From Octopus sinensis (taxonomy: Eukaryota): 64,000 nt of DNA. The DNA is taken from contig NC_043002.1 in assembly GCF_006345805.1 (NCBI RefSeq), positions 95,666,001 to 95,730,000 of the forward strand. The letters are read 5' to 3'. Positions 52,960 to 64,000 of the stretch are shown here, piece after piece. Under the pieces are notes generated by a model, which had not been told where the DNA came from, searched no databases, and was given only the letters and a program-made list of their open reading frames with translations. The translations under genes were made by a program, and so were the position numbers. The stretch's first letter is position 1. Every line of letters starts with the position of its first letter.

Positions 52960-55275
52960 TATGTTATAAGAAAGTTGATTGTTTCTACTTTTATCTTGTA
53001 TTTCAATATCTCAAAATTAGGGCCCCTTCTTCAGGAAGTCCTCAACTTGTATGATTTCTTATAATTCACATTGTTTTAGCTTTTTAAAAAACAATTTAAA
53101 ACATTTATCTAGTTCAGACATGCTTCATGCAATCTATACTACTTTTATATACAGGTTTTATATATAGAGATGATAGAATGTAATTTGAGGGTGATTTAGT
53201 AGCTGTTTCTTGACAGTAGAACCAATCATAGTTATGAAGGAAAACTTAAATTTTTTCTTAAAACTTTTTACTATCGTACCACAAATATTCTATATCAATG
53301 GCATTCATTGAAGTTTTGTAATAACACAGGACTCTTCTAACCCTCCTAGATGGTCTGTACTTAGCTTTAAAAATTGAACCCAAAATTAATGTTTTTTTCT
53401 TTTGGGATAATCAACAATGTGTTCAATATTATAGAATTTTGAATCAAATAAAAAGCCCACATGTATACTGAAGATATATATAGAGAGAAGAGTGATAAAA
53501 TGTGTCTGTGAATTAATAATCATAAAACTTTACAGTCAAACTACTTCATGTTGTTTGATTCCTTCACATTTCAATAAAAACAGAAATAGATATTATATTT
53601 TAGTATTGATTGAAGTGTTGCAGTGTATTCATGTAACTACTGGCAATAAAGCAAATAAGATACACTGTTGTGTTCTCGTTGTTGTTAAACCCCAGGTCAA
53701 CTTTGGCATAGCAGACCTATGATCAAAGGCGTTCTAGTTGTGATTAGGTGCATATATCATCATCATCAATGTCTATTTTCCATGCTGGCAGGGATCAGAC
53801 AATTTGACAGGATCTGGTGAGCCCCAGAGCTGCATTGTGCTCCTGAAAATACCCTTCATTGTCTCCCATTACACCAATTTCCACTTTATACTTTGTATCT
53901 CATAAAATTGATGCAATAAATACCAGACAAGGTACTGCGATTGACACACCTACCTAAAACCCTTGAAAGCTGTTCTCAAGTATGGTAACAATCCAAAGAA
54001 GAATGCAAAAAAATTACATTTTTTTTGTGATGATAAAGTGTAATTTTAGAGTGATTACCTGCTATTTCTGGCAGATTGAGGGACACATAGGGGATTCTTT
54101 ATTGGTTTGAGCTATGTTGTTTCAGTAACAACTTCCATTAAGTAACCTCTCAATTAACTTGCACTGGAATGATAAATTGGAAAAGCTGTTACAATACCAA
54201 ACATGATATCATTCAGTATTTTGTTATGACACTTTACATTCTTAGTTCAAATCCCACCAAAGGTTCCTTTGCCTTTCATCAATCTTGGGCCAATAAAATA
54301 AAGTACCAGTCATGTATTCTTAATGACCAGTATAGTCGATTCAACATGTTAGAATTGACTATACAAATTTACCGGAGATGTGTGCTATTGTGCCAATATT
54401 GGTTTCAAATTTTGACACAAGGTCAAGAATTTTGGTGGGCAGGGATATGTCGATTACATCAACCCCAGTGTTCAACTTTACTTATTTCATTTACCTCAAA
54501 AGGATGGAAAGCAAAGTTGACTTCAAGAGAATTTGATCTTAGACCATAAAGATGGATGAAATGTTGCTAAACATTTCACTCAGCATGTTAATGATTCTGC
54601 CTGCTTGCCACCTTAGCCTGTTGTGCCAATATTACAAATCAAGGCAGCAAGCTGGCAAAACAATTAGCCCAGGGGAGAAAATGCTTAGTGGCATGTCATC
54701 TATCTTTACATTCTGAGTTCAAATTATACCAGGGTCAATTTTGCATTTCGTCCTTTCGTGGTTGATAAAATAAGTACAAGTTTATCACTGGAATCGACAC
54801 AATCGACTTACCCCTTCCCAAAATTGCTGGCCTGATGCCAAAATTTGAAACCAATATTACAAATCATCATTAACGCTTTTGATTTCAATCCACTAGAGAT
54901 CACAGCAAGTTCTCTGATACAAACTCCCTGTTTTAAAGTGATTTAAATTAAAATATTCCACCAAAATTGCATGGTAATTTATGTTCCAGACACCAGCTTA
55001 ATGACAATCAAGTTATTTTACTAATTCCTAATTATTTTCAAAACTAATTGAAACAAGAGCAGTGTATTTCATCAAAAAGATATGGTAACAAAAGGATTAA
55101 CATGTCTTTTTTTTTTGTAACCTTCATGTTAATTGTTATAAATAAAAGCATCACAATCATAAATAGAATTATGATACTGTGAAGAGTATAGATTATGTTT
55201 AAGTTATACACAAACTAAAAAGTTATAGACAAATCATAGTTAAGTTAGGGACAAATATATTCAATGTAGGTGCTG

Positions 55276-55445
55276 GTGCCATATAAAAGAACCTATGACA
55301 GTGCCATGTAAAAGTGTTTATGCTAGTACCATGTATAAGTGTCTATGCCAGTACCACATAAAGGAACCTATGCTGGTTCAACATAAAAGTGTCCATGTGG
55401 GTTCCATGTAAAAGCACTAGAGCTGGTGTCACATAAAAGCACCCA
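55276..55445. repeat. 25-bp tandem repeat (7 units) inside an RTE 3' UTR-derived element
   Basis: gtgccatgtaaaag..cctatgcca units. A shorter array lies at 27042-27105. Confidence 0.7.
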
Positions 55446-56197
55446 GTATACTCTGTAAAGGGGCTGTCATTAGGAAGGGCATCCAGCCATAGAAATCATG
55501 CCAAAACAGACAACTGGTACCCAGGCAGCTATGCAGCTGGCCAGCTCTTGTCAAACTGTTCAAACCATTCCAGTATGGAGAATGGACATTAAAAGGGGGT
55601 GATGTTGAGACTATCAATAAGTTAATTAAAAATAATCATGTGGTGAAGTAATGACAAAATTAATAACTCAATGACTAATAATGTTTTAATCATTTCAGTA
55701 ATAATGGGAGAAAAATCTAGACAAGATTCAGTGTTATTAGACCTCCCCAGTCAGCAAAAATATAGATGCTGTCATACTTGCTGAATCATTGAATTGATGT
55801 GCAATATTGTAACTAGGGAGGTATAAAGAATGAGCCTATCTTACAAAGTTAAACTACTATTATTAATTACTGAGAGACACCTTCTATATGTGTGTTAACA
55901 TATTTAATGCAGTGAGTATAAAAAATATTATTAACAATATTTATGTTATGAAGAAAAGACAACATTAGTCCAATGACTAATATTTTTATAGCTATTTCAA
56001 CAAATATGGGATGCAACTCTGGATATGTTTTGGTCTTATTACACCTCTTTTATAAAGCATAGATTTCACAGTGCTTTCTGATATATTGTCAAGAGAATCC
56101 TAAGATATGCAATACTGTTCATGAAAAGACATGAAAAACTAGCATATTTTTTAAAAAATAAACCAGAGCTTTATTTATTCATAATACACTAGATATA

Positions 56198-56414
56198 CAA
56201 GGAGATGCCAAAAAGTTCCAGGCTTTAAGGGTATTGTGAAAGACTTGATTGGAGGCCCAACCTTCCCAGTTCTTTTACAAGGCTAAGAAAAACTTAAGGA
56301 CTGCTGCAATAAGTGTGTGAATCTGAGAGGGGAATATGTTAAATAAAATCATGATTAACTGATCCTCCTGTGTTTTCTTCTACCCAAAACAAGGAACTTT
56401 TCTGTACCCACTCA
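56198..56414. mobile_element. mariner-derived MITE
   Basis: Inverted homolog of 45421-45637, TA-flanked. Confidence 0.7.
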
Positions 56415-57159
56415 TATAGCATTTTTGGTAAATTTTCCAAATAACATACAAGAATAAGAGGTGAGTTTTTCGTTATTTATTTTAATAAAGTTACTGTCTT
56501 ATCGGCTGACCATTAATCTCCTTCCTATTGACTTCCATTCTTTCTAAATCTTTTAAACCTTTTCTTTTGTATCTATTTCTTTCCTTCGCCCCTTTCACAC
56601 TAGCTACCAACTGCATTCTCCTGTTTTGCTCATCTGTCTTGTGATCTCTACTTCCCTGTAAACTCTTTAACCCATGATCCATGTAACAGATCATTAGAGT
56701 CCACCATCACCAATGATCTTTCTCGAGATTTCAGTTGTTAATTGTGAGCTTGACACAAGTTTAACTTCTTGAAGGAGATACAGTAGATGTAGACACACAT
56801 ACACATATATTTCTTTCATTTCTATCTTAATGAAGCCACCATCTGAACCAACAGTATCTTGTTTTCAAAACAAATCGTTCTGATATCTTATATATTTCCC
56901 AGACAGTTCTTCCTCTCACCTTTAATGCCTCGAGCCAAGCCATTACGAGAACCATAATTTTATTTAACATTATTAACACTTCATACAGCAATTCTTCAAT
57001 TAGTTCAAAACATTTTGTTTCTGGTTATATTGATGCACCCACAAAATACTGACTATCTCTAAAGGAAAAAGTGTGCAAAATATACTGGAGGGTCATAAGT
57101 TGTGTGTACACATACACATACTAATGTGTACCTTCCTACACACATACATAACATTTTCT

Positions 57160-57195
<36 letters not shown>

Positions 57196-57252
57196 ATATG
57201 TATATATATGTGTGTATATGTATATATATTATATATATATATATATATATAG

Positions 57253-57316
<64 letters not shown>

Positions 57317-57338
57317 GTATTATATGTATATGTATATA

Positions 57339-57379
<41 letters not shown>

Positions 57380-57459
57380 TGTATATATATATATGTATAT
57401 ATATATAGTATATATATATATATAGTATATATATATATGTATATATATATGTGTGTATG

Positions 57460-57501
<42 letters not shown>

Positions 57502-57573
57502 CATACATATATATATATAGATATATACATACATATATATATATATATCGTTAAACGATGATGATGATGATGA

Positions 57574-57612
<39 letters not shown>

Positions 57613-58123
57613 TATATATATATGTATGTATATATATATATATATGTATGTATGTATATATACATATATATATATATCACTGTCACTGTCTATAAAACAC
57701 ATGCACACCTTTAGGCATCGACTACCAACAACTGTGTATCTATCACTCTGACTCTTTCATTACCAACTTCTCAACCAACCATTTTATCACACTGCTTCTT
57801 GCCACACTCATACTGCCATCTCTTCCTCAGTCTTAATCATTATTCTTCTTGTATCCCTACTTCCAGTGTGGGAACAGGAAGGGAATGATCACTGAGTGGG
57901 AAACAGCTTTTAGAGTCATGTTTATCTTGAAGAGAACAGAGACTACATAGAGCAGACAAGTTTCTTTTAATTTTGCAAGGGACAGGGCAATCTCTCTAAT
58001 GTTGGTGCTATAATAAAATGCACCCAGTACAGCATTTAGGGTATATATATATATATATATTGGTAAAAACGGTAAGATAACAAAAGAAAGAAAGAGACCT
58101 CAATATTATGTAAATAGAGGAGA

Positions 58124-58197
58124 TGGCCAGATAACCGAAGAGATGGTGTTGTGGATTTCCACCTCGGCATCCGAAACTCAGAGTTTTACCTTGGCTA
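58124..58197 (+). ncRNA. Hammerhead-like motif (variant/decayed) in a TA-embedded insert
   Basis: ggccagataa-CCGAAGA-gatg...catc-c-GAAA-ctcagag-TT-ttaccttggc. U4 is replaced by C; stem III is ACTC-A-GAGT. Confidence 0.5.
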
Positions 58198-58302
58198 TTG
58201 AATAATTGTCACATATCATTTTACAGATATATATATATATGCATAATTTTGAGGATATAAATACCTATTAAGGGGATGTCAGCATCTTTTTCATTTTCTT
58301 AT

Positions 58303-58334
<32 letters not shown>

Positions 58335-58410
58335 AACATGCACACACACACATACATATATACACAAATATATATATACACATATACACACACATATATA
58401 TATGTATACA

Positions 58411-58456
<46 letters not shown>

Positions 58457-58464
58457 TCGTTTGT

Positions 58465-59052
58465 AAAAAGGAGAAGACCCAGGAAACATGACTTTCAAAT
58501 GTTGGGCCTCACAGAGGCAATGACAAGAGACCGAGAACTTTGGAGATATGCTGTGACTGAGAAGAACCGGCAAATAAGGTGAGTTCACAGCTGTAACTCA
58601 CATCAGTGTCGCATAACCAGCTCAAAAGTTCCATGGATCATAAGGTGACATGCCGTGCTTTAGGAGACCTATTGAGTCAAGTAAAATCAAAATCAAATCA
58701 AATCACATTCAAATGAAAATTGTAGCTGTGATCCCCATACTGGTGGCACATAAAAAGCACCACACAAATGTGGCCAATGCCAGCACGCCTTGACTGGCTT
58801 CTGTGCTGGGGGCATGTAAAAAGCACCATCTGATCACGGTCGATGCCAGCTCCCTCTGGCCCCTGTGCTGGTGGCACGTAAAAGAGCATTCATTACACTC
58901 TTGGAGTGGTTGGCATTTAGGAAGGGCATCCAGCTGTAGAAACACTGCCAGATCAGATTGGAGCCTGGTGCAGCCTCCTAGCCTCCCAGACCCCAGTCGA
59001 ACTGACCAACCCTACCAGCATGGAAAACGGACGTTAAATGATGATGATGATG
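58465..59052 (+). mobile_element. RTE LINE 3' end with 3' UTR and (GAT)n tail
   Basis: RRPRK...[18 protein letters not shown], then the UTR and tail. Confidence 0.75.
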
Positions 59053-60181
59053 TATGTATTTATGTATGCATATATGAATGTACACATGCATGTATGCATA
59101 CACAGACACAGATTGGTGTATAAAGAAAGAAAAGAGTATTCTTTTCATAGGAATTTCACTTTGGTATTGTTTCTATGGATGGATGCTCTTCCTACCACCA
59201 ACCATTTTATGAAGTGTCCTGGGAGCACTTAATCATAGTATAATTACTAGACAGGTTGCAATGTCCTTTATCTAACAAAAGTCCTCTTTCAACCCAATGT
59301 TGTCACCATTTAATCACTAGCCACTTAAATATTGTTCTTTGTGTGTGCATGTGTGTGTTTATGCATGTGTGCATCTGCATATGCATGTGTGTGTGTGTGA
59401 CCATGATATATATTATACAGAAATAATTCAAAGGTATCAAATTGATGGACTAGGTCATAAAAGTTACAGAAAAGGGTCACAGCTCAACTAATTAGGAAGG
59501 GAGTTACCCTAGATGAGATGCAGTTTGGTTGTGTACCAGGGAGAAGCACTACTGATGTTATCGTCCTAGCAAGGCAACTATAGGAGAAGCATTTAGCTAA
59601 AAATAAACTATTGTACTTGGTATTGTCAATATGAAGAAAACCTTTCAGAAGGTCCCTTGCTCTTTCATCTGGTAGTTTCTGCAGATGGGTAGCCACCCAA
59701 GCCATGCACAGGGATACTGTCAGTAAGGTGAAAATTAGCAATGAGTATAGCAACAAATTTAGTGTGCAGGTAGGAATTCACCCATGCTCAGTTCTCTGCA
59801 TCCGCCTGTTTATCATAGCAGGGGAATTCAAAACTGGTTGCCCACATGAGTGTCTCTATGCTGATGACCTGTTTATCATAACAGGGGAATTCAAAACTGG
59901 TTACCCACATGAGTGTCTCTATGCTGATGACCTTGTCTTATAGCTGAATCTCTTGTATCATTAGGGCAGAAATTTCAGGTATGGAAGCAAGGCTTGGAAA
60001 CAAAAGCCCTTCGCGTTGCCAACTCTCACCAGTTTTCAAGTAAGACAATATTTCACATGGCCAAACATGGTTTTTCCAGAGAATACTGGAAATAAACAAC
60101 ATTGCCTGTATGATAGTGCAGCACATTTACAAACATCATATGATGTTAGGACAAGGATATACACATATACATGTATAAATA

Positions 60182-60231
<50 letters not shown>

Positions 60232-60401
60232 GCAAATACCAAAACCCTAGTAAACAGGAAAGCAGACAAATTACTAATCCCTCTAGAGCAATGGCCCTGT
60301 AGAGAAGCATGTAGAGAAGGTGTAGGTAGAAATTCCATAGAATGTACTTAGTGTGAGCTATGAACAGATAAGAGGTACAGTGGAACCACAGAAAGTTTAA
60401 C

Positions 60402-60820
60402 AGGCGCAGGAGTGACTGTGTGGTAAGTAGCTTGCTTACCAACCACATGGTTCCGGGTTCATTCTCGCTGCGTGGCACCTTGGGCAAGTGTCTTCTACTG
60501 TAGCCTCGGGCTGACCAAAACCTTGTGAGTGGATTTGGTAGACGGAAACTGGAAGAAGCCCATCGTATATATGTATATGTGTGTGTGTGTGTGTATATGT
60601 TTGTGTGTCTGTGCTTGTCCCCCCACCATTGCTTGACAACCGATGCTGGTGTGTTTACGTCCCCGTAACTTAGTGGTTCAGCAAAAGAGACTGACAGAAT
60701 AAGTACCAGGCTTACAAAGAATAAGTCCTGGGGTCGATTTACTCGACTAGAAGGTGGTGCTCCAGCATGGCCACATTCAAATGACTGAAACAAGTAAAAG
60801 AAAAAAAAGAAAAGAGAGAG
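60402..60820 (+). mobile_element. SINE family C, full length
   Basis: Head AGGCGCAGGAGTG... through to an A-rich tail. Confidence 0.9.
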
Positions 60821-61170
60821 AAAGCAGTCTTTGTGTGTGGCAGATGTGCCGGAACTATAAACACTAAGAACACACAGGAAATAGATTTCTCCAATGCCTA
60901 GTGGGATTCTTTGAGTAATAGATAGTTTCCATTACCTAGGTAACCTAATTAGCAGTGGCAGGGGATGCTTTGAAAGCATAGTTGCTTGAATTAGAACCAG
61001 TTGGGCAAAGTTCAGAGAGCTATTACCTTTGTAAAGGTAGATTGTACAATGCTTGTGTACAAACAGCAATGCTACATGGTAGAGAAATGTGGACTATGAC
61101 TACAGAGGAAATGTGAAGGCTTGAAAAACGAGGCCAGCATTCCCTACTGGATGTGCAATGTCAGTGTACA

Positions 61171-61556
61171 TCTTTATATATAAAAGTGAGGTTGTGTGTT
61201 GTCTGTCTCCTATGATTCAGATTCCTAGCTACTCCCACATTTTGCGGTGCAGTTTAACCAAAACTGGGTATCTTATAGTCGTGATTCATATCAAGCCCTT
61301 CTGGGTATTAGCGCGCATCTACGATTTAAAAAAAAATTTACCATCAATTTTTCCCATTTTTAATGCATTTTTGGCATATATAAGAGAAGTAACTCTCTAA
61401 AAATGTATTATTAAATCTCAGAACGTAAAAAGCTACAGTAACACCCCCCCCTTTGTGGTTAGCCATATTGAGATGGCTATTATGCTTTACATCTCTAAAA
61501 TTGCTTATATAGTTATTTCCCTTACAAACCCGAGCAACGCCGGGCGATACTGCTGG
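61171..61556 (+). mobile_element. Non-autonomous Helitron (same family, different internal segment)
   Basis: A|TC...cccgagcaacgccggg...CTGG|T, interrupting the RTE RT. Confidence 0.85.
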
Positions 61557-61824
61557 TGTATAACAAAATGTAAATACAATGGGACTAAAATTGGATATAA
61601 GAGGCATTACATGTGGTATACAAGAGAGAAGATTGTGATGGTGTGGTCATCTGATGTGTATGAATGAAGACAGCTGCATATGTCTGATCTTTAAATGTGA
61701 AGATGACAAAGACCAAGATTATTAGTGATTTGCTGTGCTTAAGGCATCCAGTCTAACTTAGAAAAATTGAGGCCATAAAGGTATGTCATTTATATCCTGC
61801 CCTGGCACACAATCTGGCCCTAAC

Positions 61825-62312
61825 ATACCTATTTCTTTACTACCCACAAGGGGCTAAACACAGAGAGGACAAACAAGGACAGACAAACGGATTAAGTTGA
61901 TTATATCGACCCCAGTGCATAACTAGTACTTAATTTATCATTGAAGGCGGCGAGCTGGCAGAAACGTTAGCACGTCGAGCGAAGTGCTTAGCGGTATTTC
62001 GTCTGCCGTTACGTTCTGAGTTCAAATTCCGCCGAGGTCGACTTTGCCTTTCATCCTTTCGGGGTCGATTAAATAAGTACCAATTACGCACTGGGGTCAA
62101 TATAATCGACTTAATCCGTTTGTCTGTCCTTGTTTGCCTCCTCTGTGTTTAGCCCCTTGTGGTTAGTAAAGAAATAGGTACTTAATTTATCGACCCTGAA
62201 AGGATGAAAGGCAAAGTCGACCTCGGCGGAAATTTGAACTCAGAACGTAATGGCAGACGAAATACCGCTAAGCATTTCGCCCGCATGCTAACGTTTCTGC
62301 CAGCTCGCAGCC
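61825..62312. mobile_element. SINE family E (+, 61943-62180) nested inside an opposite-strand family E copy
   Basis: Inner TSD GTACTTAATTTATC; outer TSD CTGGCCCTAACATACCT. Confidence 0.9.
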
Positions 62313-62741
62313 CTGGCCCTAACATACCTTTCCCCCTACAACCCATCATCTAGATGCCTTCCCCATCCCTGCTACACGAGTTCATTACTCACTGTATTCT
62401 TTTTCCTTCCCTTCTATTTTCCATTCTCCCTTTGCACACAATGTGTCCCTGTTGAATCTTTTCCCCACCACAATTCCCCCCCACTAACATCCCCTCCCTC
62501 TATTTGTGTCCACTCACTACATTCCATTCCCTCCCAACTGCCTCCCACTCTCCTCTTGCAATCTCCCACACTTACCTCCTTCCCCCACTTACCCTACCCA
62601 ATCCTTGATTACAAACTCATTTATATACCCCACCCTGTAACTTGAGTGTACCCCATCCATGACATCTTCACCATCTTCTCTCCCTCTCTCCTCACTTTCT
62701 CTCTCTCTCTCTCCTCACTCCACTCTATTCTCATGCTCGCT

Positions 62742-62780
<39 letters not shown>

Positions 62781-63739
62781 CCTCTCTTCTCACTCTTCTC
62801 TCTTGCTTCTCTCTCTTCTCTCTCTCCCCACTCTTCACTCCCTCGCCTTGCTCTTCTCTCTATCCTCTATCCCCTCTCTTTCCTCTCTCTTGTACTGAGG
62901 TATTCATATATCTCCCTTATTACAAAACACCTATTTCTGTCCCTCTATGCCTGCTCTAATCTTTCTAATCTAGCACAAAGCCACCTCCCTCAATATTAGT
63001 AACCCCCCACAGCTGAAGGACCTTGTCTTGCAAGTTATTTGGTGGCTTCACTGCTGCTGTGTCCATGTAAAAAGCACCTAGTACACTCTGTAAAGCGGTT
63101 AGCATTAGGAAGGGCATCCAAACATAGAAACCATGCCAAATCAGACAGTAGAGTTTGGCGCAGTCGTCTGACTTGCCAGCTCCTGTGACATGGTCTAACC
63201 CATGCCAGCATGGAAAACAGACGTTAGATGATGATGATAATGACAACAACAATGAAGATGATGATGATAATGATGATGATGATGATGACAACAATGATGA
63301 TGATGATGATAATGACAGTGATGATATACATACATGCATGCATACATACATACATACATACATACATACTACATACATACATACATTCATACATACATAC
63401 ATTCATACATACATACATACATACACACACATTACAAAGAAGGGGAAATATTATTTCTCTATGATAAAAAAAGATTTCTAGAAATTCATATTTCTTTCGG
63501 TTGTTATCTCTCTTCTGACATATCTGGAAGTCAATTCACAGAGATAAGTTTTGTTTTGGTTGTAGGCATGTTTCCTATGTTACAGCATATATTTGTGAAT
63601 TGTTAGCAAATATCTTTAGGCAATGTTGTGTTGATTTTCTGATCAGTCATACATAATAACAGAGTGAAAAAGAAACAGATAGATGGATAGATAAACGTAT
63701 AGATAGATGAAGAGAGTAAGTGTGTGTGTGTAAATGTGT

Positions 63740-63783
<44 letters not shown>

Positions 63784-64000
63784 GAGAGAGAAAGAGTAAT
63801 TAGAATTGAAGTCTAAATAATTTGATGGTCTGGGTTTTGAATAATAAAATAATGGGAAATTTTCTACTTTTTTTAATTCTTTAAAATTTAAATATATTTT
63901 ATTCTGAAGTTTATGCTGTTGGAGAGTTAAATTACAGTAGTATTATCCGTAATAGAGTGAGACTGTTTTGTTGTTATTACACATACAGATAAACTAAGCT

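Larger units (their letters stand above)
59440..61760 (+). mobile_element. Fragmented RTE-clade LINE reverse transcriptase with nested SINE and Helitron
   Basis: MQFG.VPGRSTTD....RQL, LYADDL (duplicated), GVGRNSI.C, F.YLG.LISS.. and WAKFRELLP. Confidence 0.8.

Noticed and set aside
56491-57058. Short minus-strand ORFs and splice-like sites
   Set aside because: No recognisable domain, and stops in all frames of the putative exon.

Overview
AT-rich eukaryotic DNA, non-coding and saturated with repeats. The SINE families, RTE/CR1 LINE remnants and very dense (TA)n/(CA)n/(GAT)n microsatellites suggest an octopus-like cephalopod genome (inference). No intact host gene is recognisable, and most ORFs in the supplied track are microsatellite artefacts. 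Identifiable content: a near-complete Tc1 (DD34E) element; a decayed mariner with a nested RTE tail; DD37D fragments; Tc1/mariner, Tigger and piggyBac MITEs; Helitrons; RTE, CR1 and Penelope-like (PLE) retroelement fragments; at least four tRNA-derived SINE families, many with target-site duplications; and two 29-bp minisatellite arrays. The most notable signal is a set of sequence-unrelated minimal type I hammerhead ribozyme (HHR) motifs in short inserts within (TA)n tracts. One lies downstream of a PLE GIY-YIG endonuclease. Another, a non-canonical variant, occurs as a three-unit tandem array resembling a small retrozyme.
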